Assembly: GCA_051942205.1 (NCBI GenBank)
Contig: JAVECO010000008.1
Coordinates: forward strand, 62,001 to 126,000
Direction of reading: 5' to 3'
Length of the DNA stretch: 64,000 nucleotides
Source: Coniocarpon cinnabarinum
Taxonomy: Eukaryota
In this document: piece by piece, positions 10,640-22,566 of the stretch
How positions within the stretch are numbered: position 1 is the stretch's first letter
How the letters are laid out: each line of letters starts with the position of its first letter
Made by a program: the position numbers and the translations under genes
The notes under the pieces: model-generated
Database searches by the model: none
The model's input: only the letters and a program-made list of their open reading frames with translations
Told to the model about the DNA's origin: nothing

Positions 10640-12241
10640 TCAATACCAGATGCTCCTCGTCCTGTGATGGGGTATGATATCATTGGTCAGGATCTTTCCC
10701 TCTCGACGACCTTCGTCCACAGCCGACTGTGCTTCTGTCTCCAACGCCTTCATGGTGTCGTACAGATGGAAGTCCAGCAAGACGGCGTTGAGCTCCACCG
10801 GGTCTCCTTCGTCTTCACTTAGCCGAGTTATCTCTTGTTTCAACAATTCAACAGCCCAAACCGAACAGCCTCTCAGCTGCACCTCCCAGCTCCCGCCACT
10901 GTTGAGCATCTCGCTCCTCCGGATTCTGGCATCTACCGGGGGAGCATATGAGAGTACACCCATGGTGTTCAGCATCTGTGGAATGCGATAGTCGGCAAAA
11001 GCTGTCAGACGTTCAATATCCTCGAACTCGCCTGGGCTACCCACCCGACCTTGGAAGCATGCCCACAGATCCGCAGCAAAGATCTGCGCTCGCTTCTGGA
11101 AGCGGACCTTGTAGCCTTCGTACACATGGATGTCTTTGAAGCAAGAGAAGTCCCTTGCCAACAAATTCACGAGACGTCCTGCTGACTTACGTGCGGCCTG
11201 GACGAGGTTCACGGGATCGCCATCGTATTTGTCGATGAGGACTTTACGCGCCTCTCGCAGACACTCTAATCGCTCGCGTAGCATCGGCATTTCTTTGGCC
11301 TCAGTACCGTCAATCGTTTCATCATCGTCAATATCATCCTGTTCAGATGCTGACTCTTCATCCACTAGCGTCTTTTCGTCTTCGGCTTTGGATGTTGGTC
11401 GAGATTCTGGAGCGCCGCTAGCAGCTTGAAGCTCGATTTGCATTTCACCACCTTCAGGAAATCCCCTGGACTGCTCAGGCGCGGCCGTCGTTGCTTCGTC
11501 ATGAGCTCCGTGGCCGACGGCTTCAGAAATACTTGCCTCCGCATCAGTAGCCTCAGTTAAGCTTGCTGACTCAAAGTCTTCTGAGGCGGGATGCATGCCT
11601 GCCTCATCTCTCCGCCCCGCGTCCGGTGGCTCGATCTGACCGTCTCCGTCACCAATCACTCCGCCGGGAATCTCGCCACGCCGCTCCTGGTCCTTCAACC
11701 ATTTTGGCTTCCTCCTTACTCCCCCTCCACCTCCAAAGACATACCTCATGGTCGCCATTCCCTTTCCCCTCCACCACGCAACATCCGTCACGTCCAAGCC
11801 TTCCTCCTTCGCCCTCCGCAAGCAAGCCACCAAGCTCCAGTACCCGCTCCATCTCCGTCCTTCCCACTCCACCCAAAACCCTTCGTCATCCTCACTCCAA
11901 AAGCTGAAATTCAGCAGATCCATGACGAAGATGAACTTGACGATTTCTGAGTCGGTCATGCTTCCATCGAGGGGATCTGGGTGGAGCTGGTGAGCACTCC
12001 ATGATGCGGTGGTGAACGGCGTGCGGCGGATGGAGGAGAGCAGACTGCGGGCCGCGGCTTGCACGCCAGTGCGGTCGATGAAGACGTCGATGGCTTGGCT
12101 GGCTACGTAGGAAGCTGAGTCGAGGACTTTGGTTTGGGACGGGACTTCGGTGGATGGTGCAGGATCTGAGGAGACGTTGAAGCGGGATTGGAAGGCTGTG
12201 AGGAGTGCGGCGGAGAGGTCGGCGGGGTCCGGTGCTGACAT
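10640..12241 (-). CDS. QNG1: Queuosine 5'-phosphate N-glycosylase / queuine salvage protein (DUF2419)
   Basis: DLLNFSFW, GYWSLVA, KRAQIFAADLW, FADYRIPQ, EVQLRG and HHRTRSIWY C-terminus. Confidence 0.92.
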   Translation of the reverse strand: MSAPDPADLSAALLTAFQSRFNVSSDPAPSTEVPSQTKVLDSASYVASQAIDVFIDRTGVQAAARSLLSSIRRTPFTTASWSAHQLHPDPLDGSMTDSEIVKFIFVMDLLNFSFWSEDDEGFWVEWEGRRWSGYWSLVACLRRAKEEGLDVTDVAWWRGKGMATMRYVFGGGGGVRRKPKWLKDQERRGEIPGGVIGDGDGQIEPPDAGRRDEAGMHPASEDFESASLTEATDAEASISEAVGHGAHDEATTAAPEQSRGFPEGGEMQIELQAASGAPESRPTSKAEDEKTLVDEESASEQDDIDDDETIDGTEAKEMPMLRERLECLREARKVLIDKYDGDPVNLVQAARKSAGRLVNLLARDFSCFKDIHVYEGYKVRFQKRAQIFAADLWACFQGRVGSPGEFEDIERLTAFADYRIPQMLNTMGVLSYAPPVDARIRRSEMLNSGGSWEVQLRGCSVWAVELLKQEITRLSEDEGDPVELNAVLLDFHLYDTMKALETEAQSAVDEGRREGKILTNDIIPHHRTRSIWY

Positions 12242-12712
12242 TACGAGTATTTCGTGCTGATCTGTTGAATTGAAAGCGGTTGAATCGGTCCTGTCAACTC
12301 TTTCTGAATTGATTTTCCGCTAATTGACCTTCTACTTTCTCAAGGTCTCCAGTAGAGACCTTAACTCTAATTAGGAAGGGTGTATTGCTCTTGATGTTAC
12401 GAGGTGGAAATTAGTTTAAACGAATCTTCAACGCGATTGCAGCGATAGCACCAGCTCCGTGCAGCGCAGATCAATGATCCGGTGAATTAGCAGCACTGTC
12501 CCTCTTGTTTCACATTCTCAGACACGTGCATGACGACCCTGATGAACCCCGCTTACTAATCAACAGCTCATTGTCGCAAGTACACCTCATGTTCGAAACA
12601 GATCAAACCAGTATTTGCGAAGATACAAGAAACTTACAAATGTGCCTCAGCTAAGGGCACCAAATCATGCTTTCCTGGGGGTATCATAATCTATACACGA
12701 CTTCACGCAACT

Positions 12713-14179
12713 TCATACCATCACCCGCCTCAGTGCTCCAGTGCCACCCAGTATCTTCATGCCCGTGACGGCGCATCGTCCAGCACCATTTTCCCACCTG
12801 CCATGCGCATAGCCATTGCTTCCCGTCGCGCCACCTTCTCTTTGCTCGCTCAAGCCCTTCACGAAAGCTTCCTGTCTTTCGTGGTCTCCCTCGACCCACC
12901 TGTGGATGCATTGGTAGCAGAACACGTATCCATACGGCGTCGCCGTCGCGGTTTGGATCTCTTCCTCGCATATCGCGCACAGTCCGCTGCCGTCCAATGG
13001 CTCGCCGTCCTCGGAGACACCGGCTTGTGGTATAGCTGGGACTGTGAGGATGGGCAGACCGCTGGACCGGGAAATGGGTGGATTCGCAACACCGCCTGAG
13101 ATTGCATCCGTGACCGTCAGCCTTGTCTTTTCAGCTTCCCTCTCACTCTCCTTAGAATCTTGCTTCTTTCTCGGCGCCGCGTTCTGTCTCTTCAGGATCA
13201 CGGGCGGTGGCAGTTCCAACCCCTCTGCGGCCTTCCTCGCCAACTGTCTCGCAAAATCACTCGCATGCCACCACTCCAAAAATTTAAGCGCAAACACACT
13301 CGTCGGTAGTAAGATCCGTAGACTGCTCAGCAGCCGTGGCCACACCACTCGTGCGAACACAATCGGATTGAGCAGACTCAGCAGCGGCGTCCGCCCGCCC
13401 TTAGCGCCTCTCGCAGCCTCCAACGCCGCCTGCTCCGCCATCGCCTGCGCCCGATGATCCGCCTCCCCCAATCTTCTCACACGCGTCCCAATCACCCACA
13501 GAAGCGGATCATGAAAGCGACTCGCGTCAAAGAGATATGCAAGCCGAAAGGCGAGATGCGCAAAATGATACAGTGCATTGATGGTGGGATAGATCTTCCG
13601 CAGGAACCATTTATACATCCACCAGATCCTCTGACGGAGCGTGGCGTCCGCCGGTAAACGGTCGCGGTCTGCGTATGTGGGACCGGATAACAGGGCGGCG
13701 TTGGAGGGCGCGGCGTAGATGTCATACGCCTCGTCGAGTTTCCGCTTCAGATAGGGCACTCCCACCATGACGAGGAGGTTCTTCCAGACGTCCCGCTCTT
13801 TCAGCTTGAGGGCCTCTCTGACTTCGCTCGCGGCGCCGATAGTCGCTCGGGGGAGGGCATGCAGTGGCTCGCCGTCGGCTGTGACGGGAGCACGCACATC
13901 AAGGACGCGCTCGCGCTTGAGACCGTAGAAATTCTCGGTGAAGCCGCCGGAGTAGGTGCGCAGGAAGTGGCGGTCCACAAGGCAGAAGAGCGCGGCGTGG
14001 AGCTCGTCATAGTGATTTAGTAGATGGATGAGGTAGCGTGGGTGGCGGTGGGTGGCTTGCGCGAGGAGGTAGCGGAGGGTGGGTGGGAGGAGAGACGCGA
14101 GTTGGGATTCGGAGAGGAGCTCGAAGAGGGAGGGTTTGTGGGGGTCGAGAGGAGTGGTTAGCGAGGTGAGGTATTCCAT
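12713..14179 (-). CDS. PEX12: Peroxisomal RING-finger peroxin Pex12
   Basis: KPSLFELL N-terminus, GGFTENFYGLKRER, FALKFLEWW, degenerate RING CAIC..GYVFCYQCI..GRCAVTG. Confidence 0.95.
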   Translation of the reverse strand: MEYLTSLTTPLDPHKPSLFELLSESQLASLLPPTLRYLLAQATHRHPRYLIHLLNHYDELHAALFCLVDRHFLRTYSGGFTENFYGLKRERVLDVRAPVTADGEPLHALPRATIGAASEVREALKLKERDVWKNLLVMVGVPYLKRKLDEAYDIYAAPSNAALLSGPTYADRDRLPADATLRQRIWWMYKWFLRKIYPTINALYHFAHLAFRLAYLFDASRFHDPLLWVIGTRVRRLGEADHRAQAMAEQAALEAARGAKGGRTPLLSLLNPIVFARVVWPRLLSSLRILLPTSVFALKFLEWWHASDFARQLARKAAEGLELPPPVILKRQNAAPRKKQDSKESEREAEKTRLTVTDAISGGVANPPISRSSGLPILTVPAIPQAGVSEDGEPLDGSGLCAICEEEIQTATATPYGYVFCYQCIHRWVEGDHERQEAFVKGLSEQREGGATGSNGYAHGRWENGAGRCAVTGMKILGGTGALRRVMV

Positions 14180-15004
14180 CGGATCACGCAGACATGTAAT
14201 GTCTTCATTGAACGGATGAACTGGCTACGCGGTCGCTTTCAGACTGCAGAGTAACCACACAGTCCCATTCATCATACGAAGCTATCAAAATGAATAGCGA
14301 AGCCGAGGCTGGAGTTAGCGGAGTTAAGAATGTATATATATTGCAAGGTGCATTGTGCCATTGTAAAGGACAGCAGTTGTCTGTCTCTGATATAGCCTTT
14401 AAATCATCCTGCGGCCGAAATGTTACTTCATTCGAGAAATTGGCATCTCTATCGAAGAGTAAATGCGCTGTAATCATCAACAGCGGCTTACTCTTTGCGA
14501 TATTAAGACAAACGTCTGCATTCCAGGGATCTTGTAAAAGTTGATTGGGAAATTCCAGCATACTCAGATGCTTTTCACAGCGCCTCCTCCGAGTAAGAAG
14601 GCAGCAGCTCGGCCCTTACACATCTTTTGAAAGTAGCACCAGCCCGAGTGCTAGGGTGTGCTTGATTGGTTTAATCAGTCATAATGTGCGATATCTTGTC
14701 GTGAAAAGTCAAAGAGTGTTAAACCGTGAATACATCCATTCTCCTTCATGCTGAAACCGAGCCTTGGTCACACGCGGCTTAGCGTTTCGCCGTTCACTTC
14801 ATTTCTCTGTGGTGACTCGGCGGAGTCAAAGCTTACAGCTCAACGTATGATCCTTTGAAGACTCGAGCTGTACATGGATCTGAAGCTGAGCGTCTAGCTT
14901 CAAGCTTCATTTCTGGGCATGTTCGTAGGTGGTGCAACACAGGACACAGGTGGCTCTTGAGCCGAAGAAGTTTTTGTAATGCGACCTCTGCATCCGCTTC
15001 GTCG

Positions 15005-16606
15005 TTACTCAAAGACCACCTTCCATTCCTTGCCCAAGCCTTTTCCTTTCTCTCTCCTCCCCACCATTACCTCGACGTCCCGACTCGGCGGAAACATGAA
15101 CTCCACAACACTATCCTGCTTGGGCTCCGGCAAGATCCACCCTCGTTTATCCACGGGAAGGATATCAAACCGCCATATCAAGAATGCTACCATCCCCATG
15201 AGTTCCATTGTTGCGTAATGCCTTCCCGGACAAAGCGTACTCCCTCCTCCAAAGGGCCGATATGAGCCCGCAGAGGTAGTCGCTGCGCTGTTGCCTTTCC
15301 CTTCGCTTTTGCGATCTTTGAGGAAACGGCGCGCGTTATACGTCGTGTCGCCCCAAGCCTGCTTGTCACGATGGATGACGGAGTTGGGCATCTGCAGCAC
15401 AGCGCCTTTCCTCAGAAGAAATCGATTGTCGATCAAAGTGTCTTCAATGACGAGCCGGACTGTAGCACCTTCACTGTACATTCTCAGTGTCTCTTGGAGA
15501 GTCGAGTGGAGCAGAGTGCAATTTGAACGAAGCTTCGTCATATTCAGCACGACGGTACCGTCCTCGTTCTCGGAGATCGCGTCTCCCTCAATCTCGGCAC
15601 GGATATCACCAAGCAATGATGGAGAAGAAAAGATGTGGCACAGCATGTAGAAGAAGGCCGGGACGGTATTGACGAGGATGCCAAGGAGCGTGCCGAGTTC
15701 CAGACGACCGGCATCAAGCATGTCCATACCGTGCTCTCGAGCGATACGGTACCGTCCCTCAGTTAGTGCGGAACAATCGCCAACTGGGTCAGCCTCAAAA
15801 TAGCGTTTGAAGGCGTGCGCAACGTGTGAGCGTGCTTTATGAGCCCTGGAGGCCGTCCACTGCGGATAGATATTGAGTATGACCATGTTAAGATGAGCGC
15901 AGTATTCCCAGAAGGAAGACTCGACTGTAGGATCTACAAGAAGTGGATTGGTGGATCCGTACAATGCTGTCGTGCTGGATACCGTAAGCATGTGCTGCAA
16001 GAAGCTGTGGAAGGATAACTTCGTCGGAGACGACGCTGCTTCTAGTGGCTTTAAGAAACGCTCCCAGCTCTCCTTGAGAGTGTTGTCACTAATGTAATTC
16101 ATTTCTGGACCGGGCGTGAGGGTCGTGATCATATGATCATGAATCTCGAGCACATAGCTGTCCTTTGCTTCGCCGCCATCAATATTGCGCTCGATGATCC
16201 TCCGCGCGTCGTCTGATGCCTGCGTCAAGCGAATGCCGATCTCGGCAATAAAGGGATTGAAGCTGATGGATTTGGAGTTCCGCGAGACCATGTTAACGAT
16301 ATTTGGCGCTGTAATGACGTACGTTTTTCCATTGAAGAAGTTCAAAGTATAAATTGGCGACTTTGAGATGGCGCTGGTTGCGAGAAAGTATCTTGGACCA
16401 TGTTTGTATAGACCCCATGCATGCCCAAGGAGAGGAAGTCTCGAACTGATTAGTGGAGGTTCTTTGGGATCGTGAGCGGGCTCAATGCAAAGGGCGAGGA
16501 GCCAAAGGATGGCCCAGAGCGAGGTGACGACGAAGCCAACCCATCCCGAGATAGAGAGGATGCTAACATGGTCCATAGTCCTGAAAACGGAAATCAAGGA
16601 CGCCAT
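15005..16606 (-). CDS. Cytochrome P450 (CYP7/CYP8-like sterol 7-alpha-hydroxylase class)
   Basis: N-terminal transmembrane segment plus EPP proline hinge, ETLR (ExxR), heme motif PFGGGSTLCPGR, I-helix ILVNT. Intronless, 533 aa. Confidence 0.9.
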   Translation of the reverse strand: MASLISVFRTMDHVSILSISGWVGFVVTSLWAILWLLALCIEPAHDPKEPPLISSRLPLLGHAWGLYKHGPRYFLATSAISKSPIYTLNFFNGKTYVITAPNIVNMVSRNSKSISFNPFIAEIGIRLTQASDDARRIIERNIDGGEAKDSYVLEIHDHMITTLTPGPEMNYISDNTLKESWERFLKPLEAASSPTKLSFHSFLQHMLTVSSTTALYGSTNPLLVDPTVESSFWEYCAHLNMVILNIYPQWTASRAHKARSHVAHAFKRYFEADPVGDCSALTEGRYRIAREHGMDMLDAGRLELGTLLGILVNTVPAFFYMLCHIFSSPSLLGDIRAEIEGDAISENEDGTVVLNMTKLRSNCTLLHSTLQETLRMYSEGATVRLVIEDTLIDNRFLLRKGAVLQMPNSVIHRDKQAWGDTTYNARRFLKDRKSEGKGNSAATTSAGSYRPFGGGSTLCPGRHYATMELMGMVAFLIWRFDILPVDKRGWILPEPKQDSVVEFMFPPSRDVEVMVGRREKGKGLGKEWKVVFE

Positions 16607-17662
16607 GCACTATTGCAGCTACTACTCTCGCTGCTTGCTTTTTTACCCACTACTCATTGTCGACGGTTTTTATGCAAGGATCCAGGATCCAAAGCTAGCA
16701 CTCCAGATGTTCTAGAAACTACTTTCCCAAAGAACCGCCCGCTGCGTAGAAATGTCACGAATACACGCCATCAAGAAGCAACCTGGTTTTCGCAAGTGTG
16801 AATTCAATTTATGGTTTTCCTATTTCGTCAACATCATGACTTGCCCAGAGTGACATGGCGTCGAATGTTGAAGTCGGAAGGGGCCGATTTCTGCTTCCAC
16901 TCATCCCATCAGGAAATACCCTTGCGCCATACTGTGCGCAACGTTATCTAGTCTGTCATAGAGGCGCCCGCAACACAAGCAGCAATCTTCTTACCTATCC
17001 GCTTGCACTTGATCTGCGAGCGGTGGAGGATGCGGATTGAACCGAGCGCATGACAAGTCAAACATGATGCACCTTCTAGTCCAGGAACAAACGTATCGCC
17101 TCGGCCCCAAGCCTGATATCCTTGTGGACTTGGTCTAGATTTTGGACCCCGCGCTCCACTTTCCACGTGCGATTTGCGAGGGATTCAGTCACTGATCGTC
17201 GTCCAGGTGCTGCAGCCTCAAGTTGATGAAGAGCACGCGCTGATACTCTATACCTTTGACAGGTGAAGAGAAGAGGCGACCTACCGAGACATTGCACAAC
17301 TCAAATCGTTGCCGGTAAGGTCTATCCGTCTGGCGTGAAGCGTTGCGCTTGCCCAGCCGTGCGCGCACGATAGTCCCGAAGCTTAAGATGTTCCCTCCGT
17401 ACTATTTGCCAGTATCGGGCTTGAGAACGCGCAGGTACGAATCAGCTTTGAGAGACCGCCCTCTGCCGCTCGCAAAGTCTTGGGCGCATCCCTAGCGTGC
17501 ATGAGCTGCTACCCGTCTTCTCCGCCTCGGTACCCTGGATCTGCGTTATTGAGATGTCTTAAAAATGTTCCGTTCGCACGAGCGAGCGGCTGCTTCCTTC
17601 GTTGACGCGTCTTGGTGGGGTTTCCTTTGTGCGCTGTTTTCTCGTACCTCGTACCTGGAAAC

Positions 17663-18948
17663 ATGGCTAGCAGCGATGTCGAAACGCGGGTACCAATCGT
17701 CGCGAACAGGGTACGAAGTCAAGCGTCTAGCGCTTTGGCGTGTTGCTGGCTAACATTCTTACGCAGGCAGCCACTGGAGTTATCTTCGGCATCGCCATGT
17801 GCGCTTATGCATTTCGATGTTACGTCCAGCTCGTGGTCCACAAACATTTTCCGGCTGAAGACTGGCTGCTTTTGTTCAGCGTTGTCATCCTCATCGCTGC
17901 GACGATCATCTACTATATCCAGGTGGCCTTATTGTACGACGCACTTGGCGTAATTCTACACGGCTTTGGTAGCTCGCTGTTCGGCGAGACGTTGAAGAAG
18001 ATACCAAGGGAGTCGAAATTGTCCAACGCGCTTGACACCCTTTGGTGGGTGATTTTGTTCAGCGTCAAGGTGGCCTACTTGCTATTCTTCAGGAAGCTCA
18101 TTTCACGTTTGACTTACCTGAAGCGCTATTGGTAAGCAACAAAACCTGATTCTCACGGTTCAACTTCACAATGTGCTCGTTATCTTGCTGGGGACGACTG
18201 TGCTAGTCAAGCCTCGAGATCATGGTTTACTGAATCGTTGCATAGGTGGTTCGTTGTTGGGTTCCTCTTCCCAGCGTTCGTGATCTGTGAGGTGGTCTCC
18301 TGGCAGACATGTCCGTGGAGTAACACCTTCAAGTTGATCGCCAAATGCTCTGGGCCCGAAGCAAGCTCACGAGCAATCAAGGTCACCGCGACAACCACTG
18401 TGTTTGATATTCTTTCAGATGTCTTAGTCGCGAGCATACCTGTTTGCCTGCTTTGGCGCGTACGAATCTCTACTCGACAGAAAGTCGGTCTCGGCATGAC
18501 GCTTTGTCTGTCACTGGTTATGGCAGTCGTAGCTCTCATTCGCATCGCTGGCATCCGGCTACCTGAGGGCGAGGTAGACATCGTCTGGGTGAGCTTCTGG
18601 GAGCAGTTGGAATGCAATGTAGCAGTCTGGATGGTTAGCATGACAGCCTTCAGATCATTCTTTGTTACAACCGGCCAAGAAGACGGACGACACCACTTGT
18701 TGAGCTTTGAGAGCATTCGCCGTCGACTTTCCCACATCTTTCACCGAAGATCCTCTCAAAGGCAACAGCAGCGTGAGTATGGCAGCTACGGGCAGGCGCC
18801 AGCCTCTAATGGCAGCGAAAGTAGCGGTCAGCCAATGATTCAATCGAACGAGCCAAATATTCCCAGAGGACAGATGACAGGCATGCAGACGGCCATCGAT
18901 GGAGCCGGCCACTCGAAAGTGCTCAGCCCCATGGTATCACATGTATGA
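17663..18948 (+). CDS. PTH11-like (fungal rhodopsin-domain) multi-pass membrane protein, 3 exons
   Basis: EDWLLL, KVAYLLFFRKL, DILSDVLVASIP..LWRVRI..RQK..L..CLS and WEQLECNVAV motifs. Introns at ~17711-17767 and ~18132-18245. Confidence 0.85.
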
Positions 18949-19279
18949 CAATGCAACACCGACGATGTATGATCACGGCTGGACGAAATTTAGATGAATG
19001 TAGTTGATAATACGAAGTCAAGTTTGTCTCGATAAGATCTGCAACATTGCAAACCATCAGCGATGTTGGTACACCCTGCTCAACATGTGGCCCAAGCTTG
19101 CGTTCTGCAAGGGTGCAAGGCGCGACGCGAGCAATTGTTCCAGAGGAATCTCCAGCAAACTTTCGCGCAAATGCTTTCGAGAAAAAGCATCGCTTATGAA
19201 GTCCATGTTTGGACCATTCTGAACCGCATCCTCCTGAATTCGCGCGCCGCTTGAAGACCTCTCTTGTTTCCTGCCCAAG

Positions 19280-20764
19280 ATGTCACTGTTCGGACAATCA
19301 ACCGGCCAGTCGGGCTCCCTGTTGTACGTTGAGACGCATACGAGCGCGCCCAAGATCGTATTGTATGTTTGACAGACTAAATTACTAATTGGCTCTGCTA
19401 TCAGTGGGAATACTCAGTCAAACAACCAAAGTAGCGGGGGACTGTTTGGCTCACCCACCGCATCCTCACAACAACCACAAACGGGAGGCCTGTTCGGCTC
19501 CGCAAATCAACAAAATCAGAATACCGGTGGCGGTAACAACCTCTTCGGTGGTGCCAGCGGTAATACCAACGCCGCAACACAAGCCGGCAACAATCTTTTT
19601 GGCAATCCATCCAGTACAGCAACAGGCGGCAATCTCTTTGGTTCAACGCCAGCTTCCACACAGCAGCAAAGCGGAGGACTTTTTGGCTCCGCACTCCCAT
19701 CTACTACTCAGCAGACAGACGGTCTCTTCGGCTCGACTACAAACACACAAACGCAGCCTTCCACGGGTCTGTTCGGTAACAGCACCGCGCAAAATCAACC
19801 CTCCACGAATCTCTTCGGCTCCAGCACCACTAATACACAACCCTCTACCAATCCCTTCGGAAGTGTTAGAGCAAACACACATCCCACCACCAACCTCTTC
19901 ACATCCACCAGCACAGCCCAAAACCAACAGCAGCAGCAACAACCACCCCCGCGACCCTCTCTCTCTCTCTTCGCCAATGCACCACCTGCCAACACACGCC
20001 TCCCCACGCTCTCACTCGGCCAAGGCTCGGTCCACCCCGCCAACGCCGCAACCACACCCTCCGGAACTAAAATCGACATCGCCCACCTCCGCGGCACGAC
20101 CCGTTTCTCCGACCTCACCGACGACCTCCAACGCGAGATCCTCCAAATCGAAGACATGATCTCAGCCGAGATCGGGTACAAAGACCAAATCGACGCAATG
20201 ATGCCCGCGCATGCCGCCAGTGTCGCGAGTCTAGGCCCAGACGTGAGTGCCGTGACGGAACGACTGGGCGCCGTGGAAGGCGGGATTGACAATGATGGCG
20301 TCGCTGTGCGGGAGGTCCGAGAAGTAGTGCGGAATGACGCAGAAGACGCACGGCGCGTCTTCCGGAACGTCGAGAATCTAAAACTACCACCAAGTTTCCA
20401 CTATGGGGCGTGGTCATCTGCTCAACCCGCAGGATCACTGCAACGTGTGACAGAACCGGGCGACGACGACAATGGTGGTTCCGTTGATCTCTTGGCGTTC
20501 TTCCGACGGCAGTGCGAGGAGATGGGCAAGACGTTGAAGGGGTATGAGGACGCTTTGGCGGAAGTGGAGACGCATGTGCGGAATGTGGAGGTGGGTGTGA
20601 GTCGGAGAGGGGGAGAGATGGCGTTTCGAGGGCGGGGACGAGAGGAGCAGGTAAGGGAGTTGGCGGCGGTGTTGAGAGAGTTTGAGGGCGGGATTCTGAA
20701 TGTGGCTGGGCGGGTGGGCAGTGTGAGGGAGGGTGTTGTGGAGGTGGTGATGGGTCGGAGATGA
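19280..20764 (+). CDS. NUP49: FG-repeat nucleoporin Nup49/Nup58, 2 exons
   Basis: MSLFGQ start and repeated GLFG/NLFG codons (e.g. GGCCTGTTCGGC, AATCTCTTCGGC), then KIDIAHLRGTTRFSDL and a C-terminal coiled coil. Confidence 0.82.
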
Positions 20765-21395
20765 TGAAGCGTGGCGGTGAGGCAACGAATTCCTTTTTGA
20801 AGCGGGCGATTGGCACGTCAGCCACTGGTTCTACTTCTTGGCCACCAGTAGCAGAGCCCTGTGGCCGTAGCGTTCATCTATTAAGCAGGAGAATTCGAAT
20901 CTGAACCGATGATAGCTAAGCCAAAGGTGTCAAGGCTGTTGGGTTCCGAGCAAGACTGAAGCCTTTTACAGCGGCAATCCACACGACTCTTTAGCTGCCA
21001 CGGTCACGGAGGTAGAGTTCGATACCCTGATTTTGCTGAGCCGGAGCGACACCAATCCATAGCAAAAGCCATGCTGCTTGGGCGGGCCCGCCTTGACCTG
21101 ATCTTGCAGGACTGAGTATACTTTAATTCACGAGCGTGTGCTTAAATATTGATGCTTGCTCCGCGCAAACATGAACGCTTTCTAGCAAAGTCGTGTCCGT
21201 TGCGGACACCGAAGTGCTGCTCGTTTGGCCATCTGATGTAGAGAGGCGGACAGCAGCAGAGTTGCAACGCTGTGGAAGGTGCCATGTCTGCTACAGGCTG
21301 GGGGTTGCTGCGCCCTACATATGCTGGACTGGCAGTATTTCTCGGATCGACACGAGCTTAGCCCGATGCATGACTTCGTCTCTGAAAAGACATCG

Positions 21396-22265
21396 TTAAG
21401 GATCTTTCGGCGGATGCCATCGAAACTTCTTCCCAGCCCTCATCGCCGACTTGGTCTTGAAATGATCGCCCTGTATCTCAAACACCAATTCTCTTTTGTC
21501 TTTCTCGTCCTTTTGCTCTGCCGCCCCTTCTATCACCTCACCTGCATCGTCTGTCTGCCTTGCACGCTCCTCACTCGGCAATGGTACCCCAAACCGAAAC
21601 CACGTCCCTTCCTTCGGCACCCTCACGAACCGTCCACTCGACAAGCAAAGCACAAAAGTGAATTTCGAATCTCTGACCACGATCCCCTTGAGTCCCACGC
21701 GCCCATCACATGTCGAGCGCACGACTTCCATCTCCGCGCCGTGGTAGTCTGCCGTCGTCAGGATTGGTCCTGCACTCGCCGGCGTGACGTGAACGCCGTA
21801 TTGTTTGGCGCGCCCTGAAGCGATGGCGTCAGACATGCCGAGCGCGTCCCGCATGTACTGGCACCATAATTCATGCAAGCCTCGATAGACTTTAAAATTT
21901 TGCAGACTTGGAGGTGGGAGGGCGTGAAGCTGCTTTGCACGAATCTCACGCGCCGATGCGGGTTTTGGTTTGTGGCGGGCTTTGAGGCGTTGGGAGTCGT
22001 AGCGATGCTGACGGCGTTGTTGGCGGAGGGTGCGAGCGTTTGGCTGTTTCGGAGGTTCTGGTTGATTCAAGGATTGTGATTTCTCGTTTTGAAGGTAAGG
22101 CGTTAGGGGCTTTGAGCCGGTTGGCAGGAGAGCAAGGCGCTTGTTCTGGATCTTAGATGTGTAGACGTCGTCAGCGGTAGAGGGGGAGTTGGCACGGCGG
22201 AGGAGGGAGTAGGCGAAGGAATCCTGGGAGGATGACGGGGCTGGAGCCGTCTTCGAGGGAGCCAT
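21396..22265 (-). CDS. POP4: RNase P/MRP subunit p29 (Rpp29)
   Basis: LHELWCQYM, ADYHGAEMEVVRSTC..VGLKGIVVRD, VPKEGTWF and RAGKKFR motifs. Confidence 0.92.
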   Translation of the reverse strand: MAPSKTAPAPSSSQDSFAYSLLRRANSPSTADDVYTSKIQNKRLALLPTGSKPLTPYLQNEKSQSLNQPEPPKQPNARTLRQQRRQHRYDSQRLKARHKPKPASAREIRAKQLHALPPPSLQNFKVYRGLHELWCQYMRDALGMSDAIASGRAKQYGVHVTPASAGPILTTADYHGAEMEVVRSTCDGRVGLKGIVVRDSKFTFVLCLSSGRFVRVPKEGTWFRFGVPLPSEERARQTDDAGEVIEGAAEQKDEKDKRELVFEIQGDHFKTKSAMRAGKKFRWHPPKDP

Positions 22266-22566
22266 GGGGAAGCGGATAGCTATAGCAGCCGCGGAGGGAT
22301 TAATACGAGGTCATTACGAGGCCCTTCTCGCGGATGCAGGAATCCATGGCCAGAGGCTCAGAAGATCGCAAGGTGAAGACGTCAAAGCGCCAATGGGCGG
22401 TGATCAAAAGATGGATCTCGGTGGGGTCCGCCGCCCCAGGGATCTGCCTTGGGGCGCCGACGTCACTGATCCGGGGTTTGTCAAGCAAGATGCAATCACG
22501 CAAGGGGAACTCGCAGCTCGTTCACTGCGCAAGCTCCTTCCAACCATATGATAATCTACTTAATCA

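Noticed and set aside
19389..20825. ORF-track entries overlapping NUP49 (256 aa on +, 236 aa on -)
   Set aside because: Alternative-frame or antisense shadows of the FG-nucleoporin exon.
20955..21040. GCCTTTTAC (U5 snRNA loop-1 sequence) followed by an Sm-like GATTTTG and a GTTCGA B-box-like motif
   Set aside because: The flanks do not form the U5 stem closing loop 1, and no tRNA cloverleaf can be built.
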